DNA from: Candidatus Sulfomarinibacteraceae bacterium
Lineage (GTDB): Bacteria > Acidobacteriota > Thermoanaerobaculia > Thermoanaerobaculales > Sulfomarinibacteraceae
Direction of reading: 5' to 3'
DNA: 64,000 bases
NCBI GenBank assembly: GCA_963796455.1
Contig: CAWCLO010000001.1
Coordinates: 1,248,001 to 1,312,000 of the forward strand
The notes below the pieces were generated by a model. The model did no database searches, had not been told where the DNA came from, and worked only from the letters and a program-made list of their open reading frames with translations. Of the stretch, positions 39,427 through 50,900 are shown in pieces. Within the stretch, counting starts at the first letter, position 1, and every line of letters begins with the position of its first letter. The position numbers and the translations under genes are program-made.

Positions 39427-42155
39427 CGTGTGCCTCCCGGGCCGGCCAGCCGTTCGAGTTCGGTGAACCAGTTCAGGACGATCTTGACCTCGCGAGGACT
39501 CGAGGCCTCCGGCGTGCGAACAAGCACCACTCGGTGGCCGTCGGCAGTGACGTCGTAGCCGCGGTTGGTCCAGTTGGCGTGGTGGCCTGTTTCGAAGAGC
39601 GCCACCGGCTCACCGAGCCGCAGCGCAGGTTCGGTGGCAACGGCAACCGCATGGAGTCGGTTCCCGTTCCAGTAGAAGATCTCTCCGTTCCTGCCCCACA
39701 GCGGGTAGCCGCCGCCGTCGCGCGTGACCTGGACTCTCGATCCGGAGCCCTCGAAAGGTTGCACATAGACCTCGATGCGGCCGGTGTCGTGGCTCTCGTA
39801 GACGACATGTCGGCCATCGGGAGAGAACGACGCGAAGCGTTCGTCGAACGGGCTCTTCCTGATCACACGCTCCTCGGTCTGAGCGTCCAGCGGCAGGGCC
39901 ACGAGGTCGCCGCGGGTGTCGGTCGAGCTCTCGCGGACCGCCATCCACCGTCCGTCGGCGGAGATGGCCTCGACGTAGTTGTCAAAGGTGCTCTCTCGAA
40001 GGAGCGTCACCTCGCCGCTGCCGTCCGCTGGCATCTTGTGAATGGCGAAGAGCGGGATGTCGAGTAAAAAGGCCAGATGACGACCATCGGGAAACCAGAG
40101 GGGCGAGAACTCGGCCCGCGGCGAAATGGTGAGCCGATTCATGATCTCTCGATCGAGGTCGTAGACCCACAGGTCGGGGGTTTCGTCGTCCACCGTCAGG
40201 GCCAGCCGGGTCCCGTCGGGCGACAACGACGGCGCGCTGTATCTCCGTTCGGGCGGCAAGAGGATCTCTTCGCGACCGTCCCGATCAATCCACACGACGG
40301 AACGATCCGGCTCGAGGACCGATCGCGGAACGTGGACCAGAACGCCGTTGTCGGAGACCGCGTACTGGGCGTGCCCCTCGTACGGCGAGGTGTAGACATC
40401 GTCGAGCACCGCGGCCGGCGGTCCGGCAATCTCCAACCGATCCAGATCGAACGGCGCCACAAAGAGAGTTTCACCACGCACAAAAACCAAATGACCGCTC
40501 GTCAGATACCGCCCGTAGACGGCGTCTTCCACCAGCACCCGTCGCGACCCCGACTGCAAGTCAAGGAGTTCGATCCTGCTCTCGCTCAACGGCAGGCGAA
40601 AGCTGGTGAAGATCACGGCCCGGCCGCCCGGCAGGTGGTCGGGCCACGAGTGGTTGAGTTCGTCCACCGACTGGTCCGGCTCCGTCAACACCTCCGGCGA
40701 ACCACCGGACGACGGCACCTTCCACAATCCGTCGTCGTAGGTCGGTGTGTAGACGATGGTCTCGTCTTCGCCCCAGGAGCCGCCGCCCCATTCGGCCTCG
40801 GCGAGGGTCGTCACCTGGCCCGAATCGAGTGAGATCTTCTGCAGCCGACGACCGTCGCCGGTGAATCCGATCCATCTGCCGTCAGGCGAGAAGAACGGCG
40901 TGTTGCCGCCTTCGGTGCCCTCCAGCGCCTGCAGCTCCGGGTCGTCAAAGGAGCGAAGGAAGAGCTGTGAGGTCTGACCCCTGAATGCCGTCACGACCAT
41001 TCGATCGCCCGTAGGCGAGACCACGACGACCGGATCGCTGTCCTGGGTCGAAAATGATATCCCGGGGGGGAGGGTCACCGACAGGTGAGCAGGAGAGTCG
41101 GATGCGCCGCTCGAAGAGGTCAGCCACAGCCACGCCATCACGGCAGCGGACAGAAGCGACACGACCGCAATTGAGAGCAAGACTCGGCGACCGGCAGTCG
41201 ACGCTGCAGCGAACGGAACGGTATCCAAGGTCGTGTCCTCGCCACGGTCCTCACGTTCGGCCAGGGAAATCCTCACGTCGCCCATATCGCGCTGCCGCAT
41301 CTTGGGATCCCGACGCAGGCAACGGCCGATGAGCGAACGCACGTACTTCGGGGTATCAGGCGGCAGCGCATCGAGATCGGGTTCGCTCGTGAGAATCGCA
41401 GCCAGCACGTCGGTGACCGTCTCACCCTCGAAGAGCTTGCGCCCGGTCATCATCTCCCACAGCACGACGCCGAAGGCCCAGATGTCCGCACGCTTGTCGA
41501 CCTTCTTGCCGCGCGCTTGTTCTGGGCTCATATACGCAGCGGTGCCAAGGATCACGCCTTCGACGGTGGCATGTCGGGTGATGGTGGGCGAGAACGACGA
41601 GCTGAGATCGGTGCCCTCCGCCTCCCACGCCTTGGCGAGCCCGAAGTCGAGCACCTTGACCGTGCCGTCGTCGGTGAGCTTGATGTTGGCCGGCTTGAGA
41701 TCGCGGTGGACGATGCCCTGCTCGTGCGCCGCCTCCAGCGCCTCGGCGATCTGCAGCGCGATGGGAATCGCCTCGTCAACCGGGATGGCTCCACGCGCGA
41801 TGCGTTCCGACAGATCCTCGCCTTCGACAAGTTCCATCACCAGAAAGGTGATCTCGGGTGCGGCTTCGTCTGAGGTCAGTTTTGAGTTTTGAGTTTTGAG
41901 TTTTGAGTTGCCGCCGGACGCAACCGTTTCCAAACCGTAGAGGGTCGCGATGTTTGGATGATTGAGAGAAGCCAGCACCTTGGCCTCGCGCTCGAAGCGT
42001 GCCATCCGATCGGGATCTTCCGCAAACTCCGGTGGCAGCACCTTGAGCGCCACCTCGCGGCCGAGTTTGGTGTCTTCGGCTCGCCACACCTCCCCCATCC
42101 CGCCCTCACCGATCTTGGCGGTCACCCGGAATTGAGCTAGCGAGGTTCCGATCAT
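39423..42155 (-). CDS. K1: Ser/Thr kinase, TM helix and PD40/TolB-like beta-propellers
   Basis: GEGGMG, VALK, HRDLKPAN, DFGLAK, YMSPEQ. TM LLSIAVVSLLSAAVMAWLWL and repeated SPDG motifs. Confidence 0.92.
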   Translation of the reverse strand: MIGTSLAQFRVTAKIGEGGMGEVWRAEDTKLGREVALKVLPPEFAEDPDRMARFEREAKVLASLNHPNIATLYGLETVASGGNSKLKTQNSKLTSDEAAPEITFLVMELVEGEDLSERIARGAIPVDEAIPIALQIAEALEAAHEQGIVHRDLKPANIKLTDDGTVKVLDFGLAKAWEAEGTDLSSSFSPTITRHATVEGVILGTAAYMSPEQARGKKVDKRADIWAFGVVLWEMMTGRKLFEGETVTDVLAAILTSEPDLDALPPDTPKYVRSLIGRCLRRDPKMRQRDMGDVRISLAEREDRGEDTTLDTVPFAAASTAGRRVLLSIAVVSLLSAAVMAWLWLTSSSGASDSPAHLSVTLPPGISFSTQDSDPVVVVSPTGDRMVVTAFRGQTSQLFLRSFDDPELQALEGTEGGNTPFFSPDGRWIGFTGDGRRLQKISLDSGQVTTLAEAEWGGGSWGEDETIVYTPTYDDGLWKVPSSGGSPEVLTEPDQSVDELNHSWPDHLPGGRAVIFTSFRLPLSESRIELLDLQSGSRRVLVEDAVYGRYLTSGHLVFVRGETLFVAPFDLDRLEIAGPPAAVLDDVYTSPYEGHAQYAVSDNGVLVHVPRSVLEPDRSVVWIDRDGREEILLPPERRYSAPSLSPDGTRLALTVDDETPDLWVYDLDREIMNRLTISPRAEFSPLWFPDGRHLAFLLDIPLFAIHKMPADGSGEVTLLRESTFDNYVEAISADGRWMAVRESSTDTRGDLVALPLDAQTEERVIRKSPFDERFASFSPDGRHVVYESHDTGRIEVYVQPFEGSGSRVQVTRDGGGYPLWGRNGEIFYWNGNRLHAVAVATEPALRLGEPVALFETGHHANWTNRGYDVTADGHRVVLVRTPEASSPREVKIVLNWFTELERLAGPGGTR
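41878..41909 (-). repeat. In-frame (AACTCAA)x4.6 tract in the K1 kinase domain
   Basis: Encodes NSKLKTQNSKL. Confidence 0.95.
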
Positions 42156-44899
42156 CTTCGATCCTCCGTCTCGAGCTTCGCCGCCCAATCAAGTACGACT
42201 ACGATCGGCTCCCGGTCTTCAACAGTGCTGCGATTGAGAACGAATGTCTGCCCGTCCGGGAAGACATCGTACTGACGGTCGGACGCCTCCTCGAGCCGAG
42301 CGTCGAAGAGGGCTGTCGGCGTGCCGAAAGACGGCGGATCGAGCGAGAAGACCGGCACCGCCATCATGCGCCCGGTCAAATCGACGTAAAACAGCTCCCC
42401 GCCGTCCCGGCGCCAGCGCGGTGCGAATCCGCCCTCGGTCGAAACACGGACCTCTCCGCTCGAGCTGTCCAGGGCGCGGACGTAGACATCCCAGCGCCTC
42501 GCCGCGTCGGAGTTGTATGCGATCCAGCGGCCGTCCGGCGACAGGTCGGACCCCCACTCGGATGCCTGGTCCTGGCCGAGGCGGCGCGGGCTGGGGTCCC
42601 CTTCGAGAGAGCGGATCCAGAGAGTGCCCCGACCTTGCTTCCCGATCTCCCAGTAGACCAGCCGCCGGCCGTCGGAAGTGAAAGCGTCCGTCGCGGCGAA
42701 GGTATCGGAGAAGAAAACTGTCTGCCCCTGGCCCGACCGGTCTGCCGCGATGCGGAAGATGCCGCTCTCTCCCGACGTGGTTCCGGTTGATGAGTAGGCG
42801 ACCTCGCGGCCATCGGGAGACCATGCACTCAGGACGTCGTCGCCCGAGCTGAATGTCAGGCGTGTCTCGAGGTTACCCTCGAGCTCGTGCAGCCAGAGGC
42901 CCCCCCCCGTCGACCCCGGCTCGTAGTGTGAAACGACCACGCGCCGGCCGTCCGGCGACAGACGCGGGGCGTAGTACCAGGTGTTGCTTTCCGCCGCGAG
43001 CACCTGGAGTTCGGTCCCCGACCTATCGGCCACCACCACTCTCGTCGTGCCCGCCTTGTCGTCTCGGTAGGCCAGCAGACCATTTGAGGCAACTGTGAGC
43101 GAACGCTGACCGGACACTGCGACGGTGCCGGCCAGCAAGATCCCGAGTGGCGCCGGATCACCCACCAACTCGTTCCTGCGATCGTCGAACCGGTGGGCCA
43201 CCAGCGACTCGCCGGTCACGTAGAGCACATAACCAGGAGCCGCCCAGACACCCGACGAGTTGGCGGGCCCGAGCATTTTCGAGTCGAGCGAACCGATCTC
43301 TCCCAGCCAGAGCGTTCCCGGCTCGATGCCGGTGCCGGTTGAGGCGTAAAAGAGGAAACGCTTGCCGTCGGGCAGAAAGCTCGGGAAGCGCTGCGTGCCG
43401 ATGCCGCTGTCCTCGTCGACCCTCGTCGCGGTCGTCACCTCTCCACCGCGCGCCGAAACGGCCCGAATCGGGCCGACAAAGCTCGGCGCAAAGAGAATCA
43501 GGTCCCCATCACCCCAGGTGCCTCCCCTCGCATCCTGGTTCGACCCGGTATCCGCGACGATCCGGGGCTGGCCGCCGAAGAGTTCGGTCACCTTGAGGTG
43601 GTTCTGCGCGAAGAAGCCGATCTTGCGGCTGTCCGGAGACCAGAATGGATAGCGGGCGTCGTTGGTGCCGGGCAGCATCGTCGCTTGACGATCTGCCAGA
43701 GCACGGATCCAGAGGGCCGTCCGACCGTCCTCCCCGCGGGCCACGAAGGCGAGTTGGTGCCCATCGGGTGACAGGGCCATGCCACTGACCAGACTCGTTC
43801 CCTGTGGCGCGCTGATCTGGAACTCGGCGTGGAACGGCGGCTCACTTCCATCGCCGCCGTACGAACCGAGCCAGCGAGGAGCCAACCACCCGAGGAGAAG
43901 GCCAGCCCCCAGAATGCAGACGCCGAGCAGCCAAACTGTCCGACTGGTGCGGGCAGTAACGACCACTGGGTCGACACTTCCCACGTTTCCCCCCAGTACC
44001 TCTCCGATCGTGATCCGCGCATCACCCATGTCGCGCTGCCGCATCTTCGGGTCCCGTTGCAGACAGCGTCCGATCAATGCTCGAATACGAGGCGGCGTTA
44101 CCGCCGGTAGGGAGTCAAGATCCGGTTCGCTGGTGAGTATGGCCGCCAGCACATCGGTGACCGTTTCGCCCTCGAAGAGCTTTCGCCCGGTGAGCATCTC
44201 CCACAACACGACCCCGAAGGCCCATATGTCCGCACGTCGGTCGACTTTCTTCCCACGCGCCTGTTCCGGCGACATGTAGGCCGCCGTGCCGAGGATCACA
44301 CCCTCGACGGTGGCGTGACGGGTGATTGTCGGCGAGAAGGACGAGCTGAGATCGGTGCCCTCGGTCTCCCACGTCTTCGCGAGACCGAAGTCGAGCACCT
44401 TGACGGTGCCGTCGTCCGTGAGCTTGATATTGGCCGGTTTGAGATCGCGGTGGACGATCCCCTGCTCGTGCGCCGCTTCGAGCGCCTCGGCGATCTGGAG
44501 CGCGATGGGAATCGCCTCGTCAACCGGGATGGCTCCACGCGCGATGCGTTCCGACAGATCCTCGCCTTCGACAAGTTCCATCACCAGAAAGGTGATCTCG
44601 GGTGCGGCTTCGTCTGAGGTCAGTTTTGAGTTTTGAGTTTTGAGTTTTGAGTTGCCGCCGGACGCAATCGTTTCCAAACCGTAGAGGGTCGCGATGTTTG
44701 GATGATTGAGAGAAGCCAGCACCTTCGCCTCGCGCTCGAAGCGCGCCAACCGATCCGGGTCCTTCGCGAAATCCTCCGGCAGCACCTTGAGCGCCACCTC
44801 ACGGCCGAGTTTGGTGTCCTCGGCTCTCCAGACCTCCCCCATTCCGCCGGCGCCGAGCGCCGCCGTGATGCGGTAGTGAGCGAGGGTCTTTCCGATCAT
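42152..44899 (-). CDS. K2: Ser/Thr kinase, TM helix and PD40 beta-propellers
   Basis: Full kinase motifs, TM VWLLGVCILGAGLLLGWL, many SPDG repeats. Confidence 0.92.
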   Translation of the reverse strand: MIGKTLAHYRITAALGAGGMGEVWRAEDTKLGREVALKVLPEDFAKDPDRLARFEREAKVLASLNHPNIATLYGLETIASGGNSKLKTQNSKLTSDEAAPEITFLVMELVEGEDLSERIARGAIPVDEAIPIALQIAEALEAAHEQGIVHRDLKPANIKLTDDGTVKVLDFGLAKTWETEGTDLSSSFSPTITRHATVEGVILGTAAYMSPEQARGKKVDRRADIWAFGVVLWEMLTGRKLFEGETVTDVLAAILTSEPDLDSLPAVTPPRIRALIGRCLQRDPKMRQRDMGDARITIGEVLGGNVGSVDPVVVTARTSRTVWLLGVCILGAGLLLGWLAPRWLGSYGGDGSEPPFHAEFQISAPQGTSLVSGMALSPDGHQLAFVARGEDGRTALWIRALADRQATMLPGTNDARYPFWSPDSRKIGFFAQNHLKVTELFGGQPRIVADTGSNQDARGGTWGDGDLILFAPSFVGPIRAVSARGGEVTTATRVDEDSGIGTQRFPSFLPDGKRFLFYASTGTGIEPGTLWLGEIGSLDSKMLGPANSSGVWAAPGYVLYVTGESLVAHRFDDRRNELVGDPAPLGILLAGTVAVSGQRSLTVASNGLLAYRDDKAGTTRVVVADRSGTELQVLAAESNTWYYAPRLSPDGRRVVVSHYEPGSTGGGLWLHELEGNLETRLTFSSGDDVLSAWSPDGREVAYSSTGTTSGESGIFRIAADRSGQGQTVFFSDTFAATDAFTSDGRRLVYWEIGKQGRGTLWIRSLEGDPSPRRLGQDQASEWGSDLSPDGRWIAYNSDAARRWDVYVRALDSSSGEVRVSTEGGFAPRWRRDGGELFYVDLTGRMMAVPVFSLDPPSFGTPTALFDARLEEASDRQYDVFPDGQTFVLNRSTVEDREPIVVVLDWAAKLETEDRR
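44622..44653 (-). repeat. In-frame (AACTCAA)x4.6 tract in the K2 kinase domain
   Basis: Identical to the K1 tract. Confidence 0.95.
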
Positions 44900-44908
44900 G
44901 AGACGGCC

Positions 44909-47900
44909 TTACACATCGAATCGCTCCCATTCCCGCCTGGCCCGCTCCATCGACCGGCCAAACCGTTCGTCGCCTCGGATGCTGTCCAGATAGTGGTCGT
45001 GCTCGGAGAGAAATGGGTAGTTGATCATCCCCTGGTCGATCGCCCGGTCGAGCCAGAGCAACGCCTCATCGGTGGCGCCGACCGCGGCATGAGCGCTCGC
45101 CAGTGCCCAGGGGATCTCCGCATCCCACGCGGCAGCCTGCTGATACGGGCCATCGGTGAGCCGCAGGACCTCCTCGCGGTCGTCTCGCCAGGCCGCCCGG
45201 CAGAGTCCCATCCACCATGTGCCAATGTCCGAATCCGGCTGCGCTACTACCCCCTCGGTCAACGCCTCAGCTTCATCGAGCTGCCGGGCGTAGCTCAGGG
45301 CCATGACGTAGTTCGAGCGCCACACCGGGGTGACCGGATCGAGTTCGAGCATTCGGCGCCCGGGTTCGAGCGCCTCGGAAAACCGGCCGGCGAAAAGCGG
45401 CACCGTGACGCTCATCAGGCGGCTCATCGGGTCGAGCGGATCGATATCCAGGAGCCGTGCCACCAAAGGCGCCGCAGCGTCCGGCTTTCCACCGAGCCAC
45501 CCGAGGATGTGAGCGGACAGCTGAAGTGCCTGGACGTCCTGAGGATAGGCCTGCAACACGCGTCGCCAGCTTCGACGGCTGCCATGAATGTCGCCCCGTG
45601 CCAACTGCAAATGCGCCCGGACGCTGGCGCCGCGAGGCGAATCGGGATCGAGCGCGAAGATCTTTTCCGCGCACCTTTCGGCCTTTGTGATGTATTCCTC
45701 TTCCCTGCCGCCGGCGGCCCCGATGTTGATGGCCTGAAAGTAGGCCTCACCGAGCCCCTGATAGAGCAGGGCGTTGTCGCCGATCAGCGCGAGCCCGGCC
45801 TCCAGATGGCTGACGGCCTTGTCCACGCCACCGGGCAGAAAGCTCCAGATCTCTCTCCGAGCGCGGAGGTAGCACTCCTGGGCACGAACGTCCGGGATGG
45901 GCCGCTCGGAGAGTTGCTCGGCTTCGTGCGGTGTCAGACGAATCTCGAGAGCATCCACGATCGATCGCGACACGCGCTCCTGGATGTCGAACACATCGTC
46001 CAACGTGCCCTCGAACTTGTCGGACCAGAGCTGGGCGTCGTCCGGCGCGTCCACCAGCCTCGCCGTGATCCGCAGGTTGTTCGCCGCGCGCCGCACGCTG
46101 CCTTCGAGCACGTACCGGCAGGCGAGGTCCCGGCCGATGGCCGCGAGTCCACGCTCGTCGCCCTTGAGACGCATCGCCGAGGAACGGGAGATCACGCGCA
46201 GCGCCTGAACCCGCGACAGATCGGTGATGATCTCGTCGGTGAGCCCGTCTGAGAAGTACTCGGTGTCGGGGTCGGGGCTCAAATTGGCGAATGGGAGGAC
46301 GACGATTGATTTTGTTTCGTCCGAGGTCTGTGGAGGAACAGAACGGGAAGGCGACGCTTTCGCGTTCTCGCCCACCGCAGCGTTCAACTCCCCGAGCAGA
46401 GCTTTCGCGGCTTGAAAATCCGAGGTGTCAAAACCCTCGGTGAACCACGAGTAGACCCTTTCGAGCGCTTCGTGTGCTTCACCACAGCGTCCCTGCTGCT
46501 GCCACAGTCGCGCCAGGCTCGTCGTCGCCCGCAGCTCCCACGACTTCGCCCGTTGCCGCTGGGCCACCTCGATGGCCCTCAAAAAGCAGCGCTCGCTTTC
46601 CAGCGGTTCGGATGAGAAGCAAGATCTCACCCTTCAGCCGATGAAGCTCCGCCTCGTGGAAATGTTCGCCGGTCGTGGCGACGTGGTCGAAGGCCTCGTC
46701 CACAAGGGTCAGGGCCTCGTCGTACCGACCCATGCCGGCACAGCCCTGGGCGATGACGCTCAGGGTGAACGACCGCGCCCACCCGAACTCGATGACCTCC
46801 AGACCAGCGACGCCTTGACGGGCGACTTCCGAACCCGGTTCGAACTCGTGCTGGGAGATCAGAGCCGAGCCCTTGCAGATACCGGCAAAATGCAGAAACA
46901 TCGGGAGTTCGAATTGGCTCGCGATTTCGATCGACCTTTCGGCCAGCTCCTGAGCCTGCTTCGCCGATCCGGTCAGCTGTCGGATCCACGAAGCGAAGCA
47001 CGGACCGAAGGTTTGCGTGGCGGGATCGGAGATCGTGTCACCCAGAGCGACGGCGGCCGTCGTTTCCTGGAGGGCCTGATCGGGGTACCCGGCCAGCCAC
47101 AGGGCCAACCCTCCCATGCTGTGGGCAGAGACCGCGGAATCGTACCCGAAGAGCGAGGCGAGCGACCCATGTTCGTCAGGCTTGTAGTGGGCCAGTGCTC
47201 GCGCCGCGTGCTCGCTCGAGGGCACCGGATCTCCGACGCACAACAGATTGTCGGCCATGACCGAGTGAGCGGCCACCAGCAGCCCCGTGTCGTCACCCCG
47301 CTCCGCCAACTCCAGCAACTGTTCGCCAACGTCCACCGCCGCTTCGAGGTCGCCCTGATTCTGGAAAAACTCCCAGAGCCCGAACAGTACCGGGAAAAGC
47401 TGTGGTGCGTCCCCGATCTCGTGACACAGCTCGCGAGCTCGTGAGTACGCCGTGCCGGTCTCGGGATGCCCGAATCCGCGGAAGGTCCGCAGCGCCAGTC
47501 CGAGAGCCAACTGCAGCTCGAGTTCGGTGCGGGAACGCTCATCTGACGGGTCGAGCATCCCGACCATCTCGAGGCCCTGCTTGGCAAGGGTGGCTGCTTC
47601 CCGATGGGCAAAGATCGTGATGGCCTGATTCGCAGCCGTCAGATAGTGCTCCGCCGCGCGGGCGAATTCTCGTCCGGCCTCGAAGAGCGCGGCGAGCTCG
47701 TGCGCCACTTTTCGGGTGTTCTTGAGATGAGCCGTTTCAAGTGCCTGCCCCACCTCGTTGCTCAGCCTCGCCTTTCGAGTCGACTTGAGGTCCGAATACA
47801 GCGCGTTTTGATAGAGCACGTGGACAAAGCGATAGCGGAGGGTCATGGTGCGGTCGGGAAGCTCGGTCTCGCCGGTGAACTTGACGAACGCGTGGACGCG

Positions 47901-50900
47901 CTCGAGCGTTTCCAGACGTTTTTCGGTCTCTTCGGGAGGCAGATCCAGGACCCGGGCGGCGATGGCGGAATCAAACGCGTAGCCCTGTACGCTCGCCGCG
48001 GTGAGGAGTTCGAGATCGTGCTCGCCGAGCTGCCCGATCTTGCGCTCGATCATCCCGCGCACCGATTCCGGCAACTCGTTTTCGATCTCCGGCAACCCGT
48101 GCATGAGGCGCCACTCACCGTCTTCCTCGCCGATGGTTCCGTTTTCCCGGAGGTAGCGCACGAGATCGGCCATGAACAGAGGACTGCCTTCGGTCTTGGA
48201 GTGGATCAACGTCGGGAAATCACTGGGAAAGCGGTGATCCGGAAACTCGAGCGCGAGGTAGTCGGAAACCTCTGGCTCTTGCAGGAACTCGAGAAGAAGT
48301 TCACGGCACAGCCCGCGGGTCTGGAGATCGGGTTTGATCTGGAGGAATGGGTGTTTTGAGAGCTTCATGTCCGAGGGCCGGTAGGTCACCACCACGAGCA
48401 CGTTCAAGCCTTCGAACTTCGCGGCCAGAAAGCTGAGCAGATCGACTGTCGATTCGTCCGCCCAGTGGAGATCGTCGAGAAAAAACACCATCGGGAGCGG
48501 ACGGGACAAATCCTGGAGGCAGGTCACGAAATCCAGCTTCAACCGCTCCTGGGTGGTTTCCTTGGCGTGCTCGAGGAGACGATCCGTCTCGTCACTGTCC
48601 CCACCGGGCGGCGCGATCTGGACATACCAGGCCGGTGCAACCTGCTTCATGATCTTCGCGGGTTCTTCTCCGTCGCCGGTTTGCAGCAGACTGCCGAGAG
48701 CTTCGAGTACGGGGAGATAGGCATCCGATCCGCCGATCCGTTCGGAAGAGCGCCCGCGGGCCACGGTGCACCTGCCATCGGCGATAGCGTCGTCGAGAAA
48801 GCCCTCCACCAGTGTGGTTTTGCCGATGCCCGGCTCTCCAGCTACGCAAACCATCGAACCCCGACCTTCGCGAGCCGACTCGAGGGCCTCACGCAGGACA
48901 TCGAGCTCTGATTGCCTCCCAACGGTGTGACGGAGGCTGCCGGATTCGGCGCTGACTGGAATTGGCGAGGAAACCGAGGACCCCTCCTCGAACCCAGCCT
49001 TTCGGAGCCCATCCACGAAGTGTTCGACCAACTCCGGTTGGTACCACTTCTCCATCAGCTCGCGACCCGAGCGGGCAAAGTCCGGTTTCTGGATCAGCAG
49101 GTCATCAAGCGCCTTGCGCGCCGACTCCTTCTCCCCCAGCTGACCGTAAGCCGCGGCAAGCAACCAGTTGGTCCAGAATATCTCGAAGGCGTTGGCTTTC
49201 ACGGCCTCGTCCACGGCTGCCCGGTAGTTCTCCCTGCGGTACTCGTCGATGGCCAGCACCGATCCATACCAGCGCGGATGGTGGGGGTTGAGATCCATGG
49301 CGCGGCGGATGAGATCGCAGCCGCGATCCCAATCTCCGGCAAAACAGGTGATGAAGATGGCCTCGTTGCTGCCGTCGTAGGGGTTGAGAGCCAGAGCACG
49401 CTCACAGGCACTGAGACAGGCCGCGGTTTCCCTGCGGAAGAATAGGGCAACCGCCAGCACCTGCTGAGCGAGGTGATTGGACGGAGCGAGGTCGACGGCT
49501 TTTCTGGCGGCCTCGAGCGCGCGGTCGAGGGAACCGGGCCTGGGGTTGAATTCGTGGGCGAACTCGTGCGAGTAGACCCATGACAGCATGGCCCAGCAAT
49601 CGGCGTTGGAAGGTGCCTGTTCGACTGCACGCTCCAGAGCGTCGCGCGCCTGGGCGTGCTCGTTCGGGATCGAGTCTGAAGTGATAGCCGAACCCGCGCA
49701 TCAGGGCCTCGTATGGGGTCATCTCGGCAATCGGCTTGTTTCGAACCACCTCACTGATGGCCCGCGCCAGGACCCCGAAGTGGTCCGCACAGGTGGAAAC
49801 GATCCGCGGCACGAGATCATCCTGCAATTCGAAGAGCCCGACGGAATCGAATTCCCGGTCGTAGGCCTCGGCCCAGAGATGAGCCCCAGAAAGCGTATCA
49901 ACAAGCTGCACGGCAACCCGCACCTTTTTGCCAGCCCGGCGTAGGTTCCCTTCCATGAGGTATCGCGCACCGGTCGTGGCAGAGCCGCGAGCGATCACCC
50001 GGAGATAGGAGAAACGCGACAACCCGGTCACGATGCCCTCGCTGAGCCCTTCGGCCAGCGCGGTGAGATCGGCGTCATCGCCGGCTGATTTGAAGGGCAG
50101 CACCGCGACCCAGAAACCCTCTTCGGCGTGGGCCTCAACCGAAGCCGACGAGGGGGCATGAGTCGCTGTTGAGGATGACCCTGAATCGGGGTCGGCCGGA
50201 ATCACAAGCCCCGCCTTTTGAAGGCCGTCGAGCAACAGTTCGACGAGTTGCGGAAGGTACCACTTCCCGAACTGGTCGCTCGCGATTTCCGCAAAGTCAG
50301 GCTTCAGGGCCAGCACCTCTCGCAGGGCCTCGCCCGCCGCCTCGCCCTCACCGAGCTGGCCGTAAAGGGCCGCGAACAGGGCCTGCGAATAGTACTGTCC
50401 CGGCATGACGGCCTTGGGAACGAGGGTTCGCGCGCCTTCGTAGTCGCCCTTGCGAAACGCGTCGAGGAAGGGGAGAGCCCAGTACCAAGCCGGGTGATGT
50501 GGGTTGAGTTGCCTCCCCTTCTCTCCCAGCTCGCAGCCGCGCTCCCAATCTCCAGCGAAGGCCAGCAGATGGCCCAGGTACTCGACCGTAAATCCGTCCA
50601 TTGGGTTCACGGCGAGGGCTCGTTCGGCTGCGCTGCGGAAGGCGACGAATTCCTTTCGGAAGAACATGGCCTGGGCCAGGGCCAGATGAGCGAGGTGATT
50701 GGATGGGTCGGCGTCCACCGCTTGCCGCGCGGCGTGGAGCGCCCGGCCGAGAGAATCGGGCTTCACGTTGAAGCCGAACCGGTGCTCTTCGCCGCACATC
50801 ATTGACAACATCACCCAGGCGTCGGCGTATCGAGGCGCCTCGGCGACGGCTCGTTCCAGGCCGGCCCGCACCGCGGCATGCTCGTCGGGTCTGACCCGCT